From NCBI GenBank assembly GCA_002471255.1, contig DKPP01000008.1, forward strand, positions 42,324-106,323: a stretch of 64,000 nucleotides of DNA. Reading direction: 5' to 3'. The notes under the pieces are model-generated. The model worked only from the letters and a program-made list of their open reading frames with translations. It searched no databases and had not been told where the DNA came from. This DNA comes from Akkermansiaceae bacterium UBA7331 (GTDB taxonomy: Bacteria; Verrucomicrobiota; Verrucomicrobiia; Verrucomicrobiales; Akkermansiaceae). The position numbers and the translations under genes were made by a program. This document shows positions 62,350-64,000 of the stretch, in pieces; within the stretch, counting starts at the first letter, position 1, and each line of letters begins with the position of its first letter.

Positions 62350-62925
62350 CTATTTCTTTTGGGAATGATATTTGGCAGCTTCCGATTCTTCAACTATTTT
62401 TGCCGGCTCAATGCGTAGCAACTTGTGCAAAGCATTAACAGCATCTTTTAAACGAACTGCTAACGGATTTAACCACATGGTATCCAATTGTACTTCATAA
62501 ACTCCATCTTCATTTTTTTGAATATTTTTAGAATTAAGAAAAACATACCATAACTCACCATTTTCTTGTATTGAAATATCACCCTTCAAATCATCTTTTT
62601 TCAATAATGCAGAATTAGGAAATTTTTCTGAAATTTGGCGAATAACAACCTTGTCTCCTTGTAATAAATTTCCACGTAAACTTTGAACGACGCGAGATTG
62701 AATAGAGCGATACCATAATATCCCATCACCTTTTTCTACAGGAACATATCGAGATTCATATACACACACAAGTACCAAGGTATCCGACCTTGTTAGATAT
62801 TGAGAAATTATGTCCTCTCTTGTTTCAGGAATAATATCTTTTGTTTTTAAAAGCTCAGCCTGAGAAAGAGAAGTAAACAAAAAACTGATTATTCCAAGGT
62901 AAGTGAGAAAGTTTTTACCAATCAT
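62350..62925 (-). CDS. Secreted hypothetical protein (possible TIMP/NTR-like OB fold)
   Basis: Signal peptide ending LSQA; beta-strand pattern DTLVLV.V...VVQSLRG....GD.V.I...G..WYVFL. Confidence 0.65.
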   Translation of the reverse strand: MIGKNFLTYLGIISFLFTSLSQAELLKTKDIIPETREDIISQYLTRSDTLVLVCVYESRYVPVEKGDGILWYRSIQSRVVQSLRGNLLQGDKVVIRQISEKFPNSALLKKDDLKGDISIQENGELWYVFLNSKNIQKNEDGVYEVQLDTMWLNPLAVRLKDAVNALHKLLRIEPAKIVEESEAAKYHSQKK

Positions 62926-63184
62926 TAATACAATGTCTAATATGGAGCAAAAACTGTCAAGTTCAGAATCAATAATCCACTTGTAATCAATAAAATCTCC
63001 ACATTATTTAGTTCACTACACAATACTCGGATAGGTATTGACGCATAGTTAATATAAGCATAACCATATATATTTCTAAATACTCCAGTTTTACTCCAAA
63101 CGAATACAATTTTAGATGTTTTGGCTTATATTTTATCAATTTTATACCCCTTTTTTAGAAAACAATCCCCGACAAATAAAGCGC

Positions 63185-63222
63185 AAAAAAAATCCCTATA
63201 ACCTTGTGAGTTATAGGGATTT
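63185..63222 (-). terminator. Intrinsic terminator after tRNA-Ile2
   Basis: aaatccctataac/gttatagggattt stem with adjacent A run (U tract on minus strand). Confidence 0.8.
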
Positions 63223-63236
63223 ACTACCTAGAAAAC

Positions 63237-63312
<76 letters not shown>

Positions 63313-63380
63313 GTAAAATGTGATGCAAAAAGTATAATATATTTTTCTTAAAAAGTGAAGATAAATATATTATTTTTTGC

Positions 63381-64000
63381 TTATCTAATATTGTTTTGCT
63401 GTTTACAAGCTTTAACCGTATTAGCCATGAGTAAAGCGATGGTCATAGGACCTACACCACCGGGGACTGGGGTAATAGCCTTACACTTAGGGGCGACATT
63501 GGCGTAATCAACATCACCTACGATACGATAACCACGAGGGGCAGTAGCGTCTTCTACACGATTAATTCCTACGTCCACAACTACTGCACCATCTTTAACA
63601 AAATCAGCAGTTACGAAGTTTGGTCTGCCAATAGCAGCGACGATAATATCGGCACCTTTGCAAAGGTCTGCAAGATTTTTGGTACGAGAATGTGCCACCG
63701 TTACGGTTGCATTAGCGTCTTTTGCCATCAAAAGATGCGCCATTGGTTTACCGACAATCATACTACGGCCAATCACTACGGCATTAGCTCCACAAGTATC
63801 GATACCGGCAGACTTAAGCAATCTCATACAACCCAATGGGGTACAAGGAACAAAACCGGTCTCATCTTCCAAAACAAGCTTGGCGACATTTTCCGGATGA
63901 AAGCCATCAACATCTTTAGCAGGATCAATAGTTAATACTACAGCAGCTTCATCAATGTGCTTAGGCGGTGGGCTTTGTACTAAAATACCATGAATAGCAG
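63381..64000 (-). CDS. folD: Bifunctional methylenetetrahydrofolate dehydrogenase/cyclohydrolase (5' end outside window)
   Basis: Frame stays open to the window edge: IHGILVQSP...[11 protein letters not shown]...[29 protein letters not shown]. Confidence 0.96.
   Translation of the reverse strand, partial: AIHGILVQSPPPKHIDEAAVVLTIDPAKDVDGFHPENVAKLVLEDETGFVPCTPLGCMRLLKSAGIDTCGANAVVIGRSMIVGKPMAHLLMAKDANATVTVAHSRTKNLADLCKGADIIVAAIGRPNFVTADFVKDGAVVVDVGINRVEDATAPRGYRIVGDVDYANVAPKCKAITPVPGGVGPMTIALLMANTVKACKQQNNIR

Noticed and set aside
63381-63872. folD as a truncated 163-aa pseudogene
   Set aside because: The frame stays open to the window edge with FolD motifs; the truncation is a window artefact.

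Overview
AT-rich bacterial chromosomal segment whose gene content points to Verrucomicrobiota, probably Akkermansiaceae: a Tat-exported GH109, a PEP-CTERM protein, 'MKLHLP'-type autotransporters, a Gld-like ABC/DUF4340 operon and an archaeal/eukaryotic-type ProRS. It is visibly more AT-rich than A. muciniphila. The core backbone (rarA, tmk, tcdA, ymdB, trpS, proS, rluD-like, nagZ, pyrE, folD, 4 tRNAs) is interrupted by accessory blocks. (i) A GC-rich type IC restriction-modification cassette with a 12-bp VNTR in hsdS, an HrgA/COG2958-like nuclease and a PEP-CTERM gene, downstream of tRNA-Arg(CCT). (ii) An AT-rich DUF2971 gene between two convergent tRNA-Leu genes, one of which carries the rare AAG anticodon. 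(iii) A tandem array of five paralogous ~350-aa secreted proteins of unknown family plus a relic of a sixth, separated by a conserved hairpin-containing spacer, with clear mosaicism and hypervariable patches. This array is the best candidate for an undescribed system. (iv) Two giant paralogous autotransporters. A second, catalytically degenerate COG2958-like gene is coupled to a non-RD Ser/Thr kinase. No CRISPR array, integrase, transposase or reverse transcriptase was seen. All family calls are from motif recognition, without database searches.
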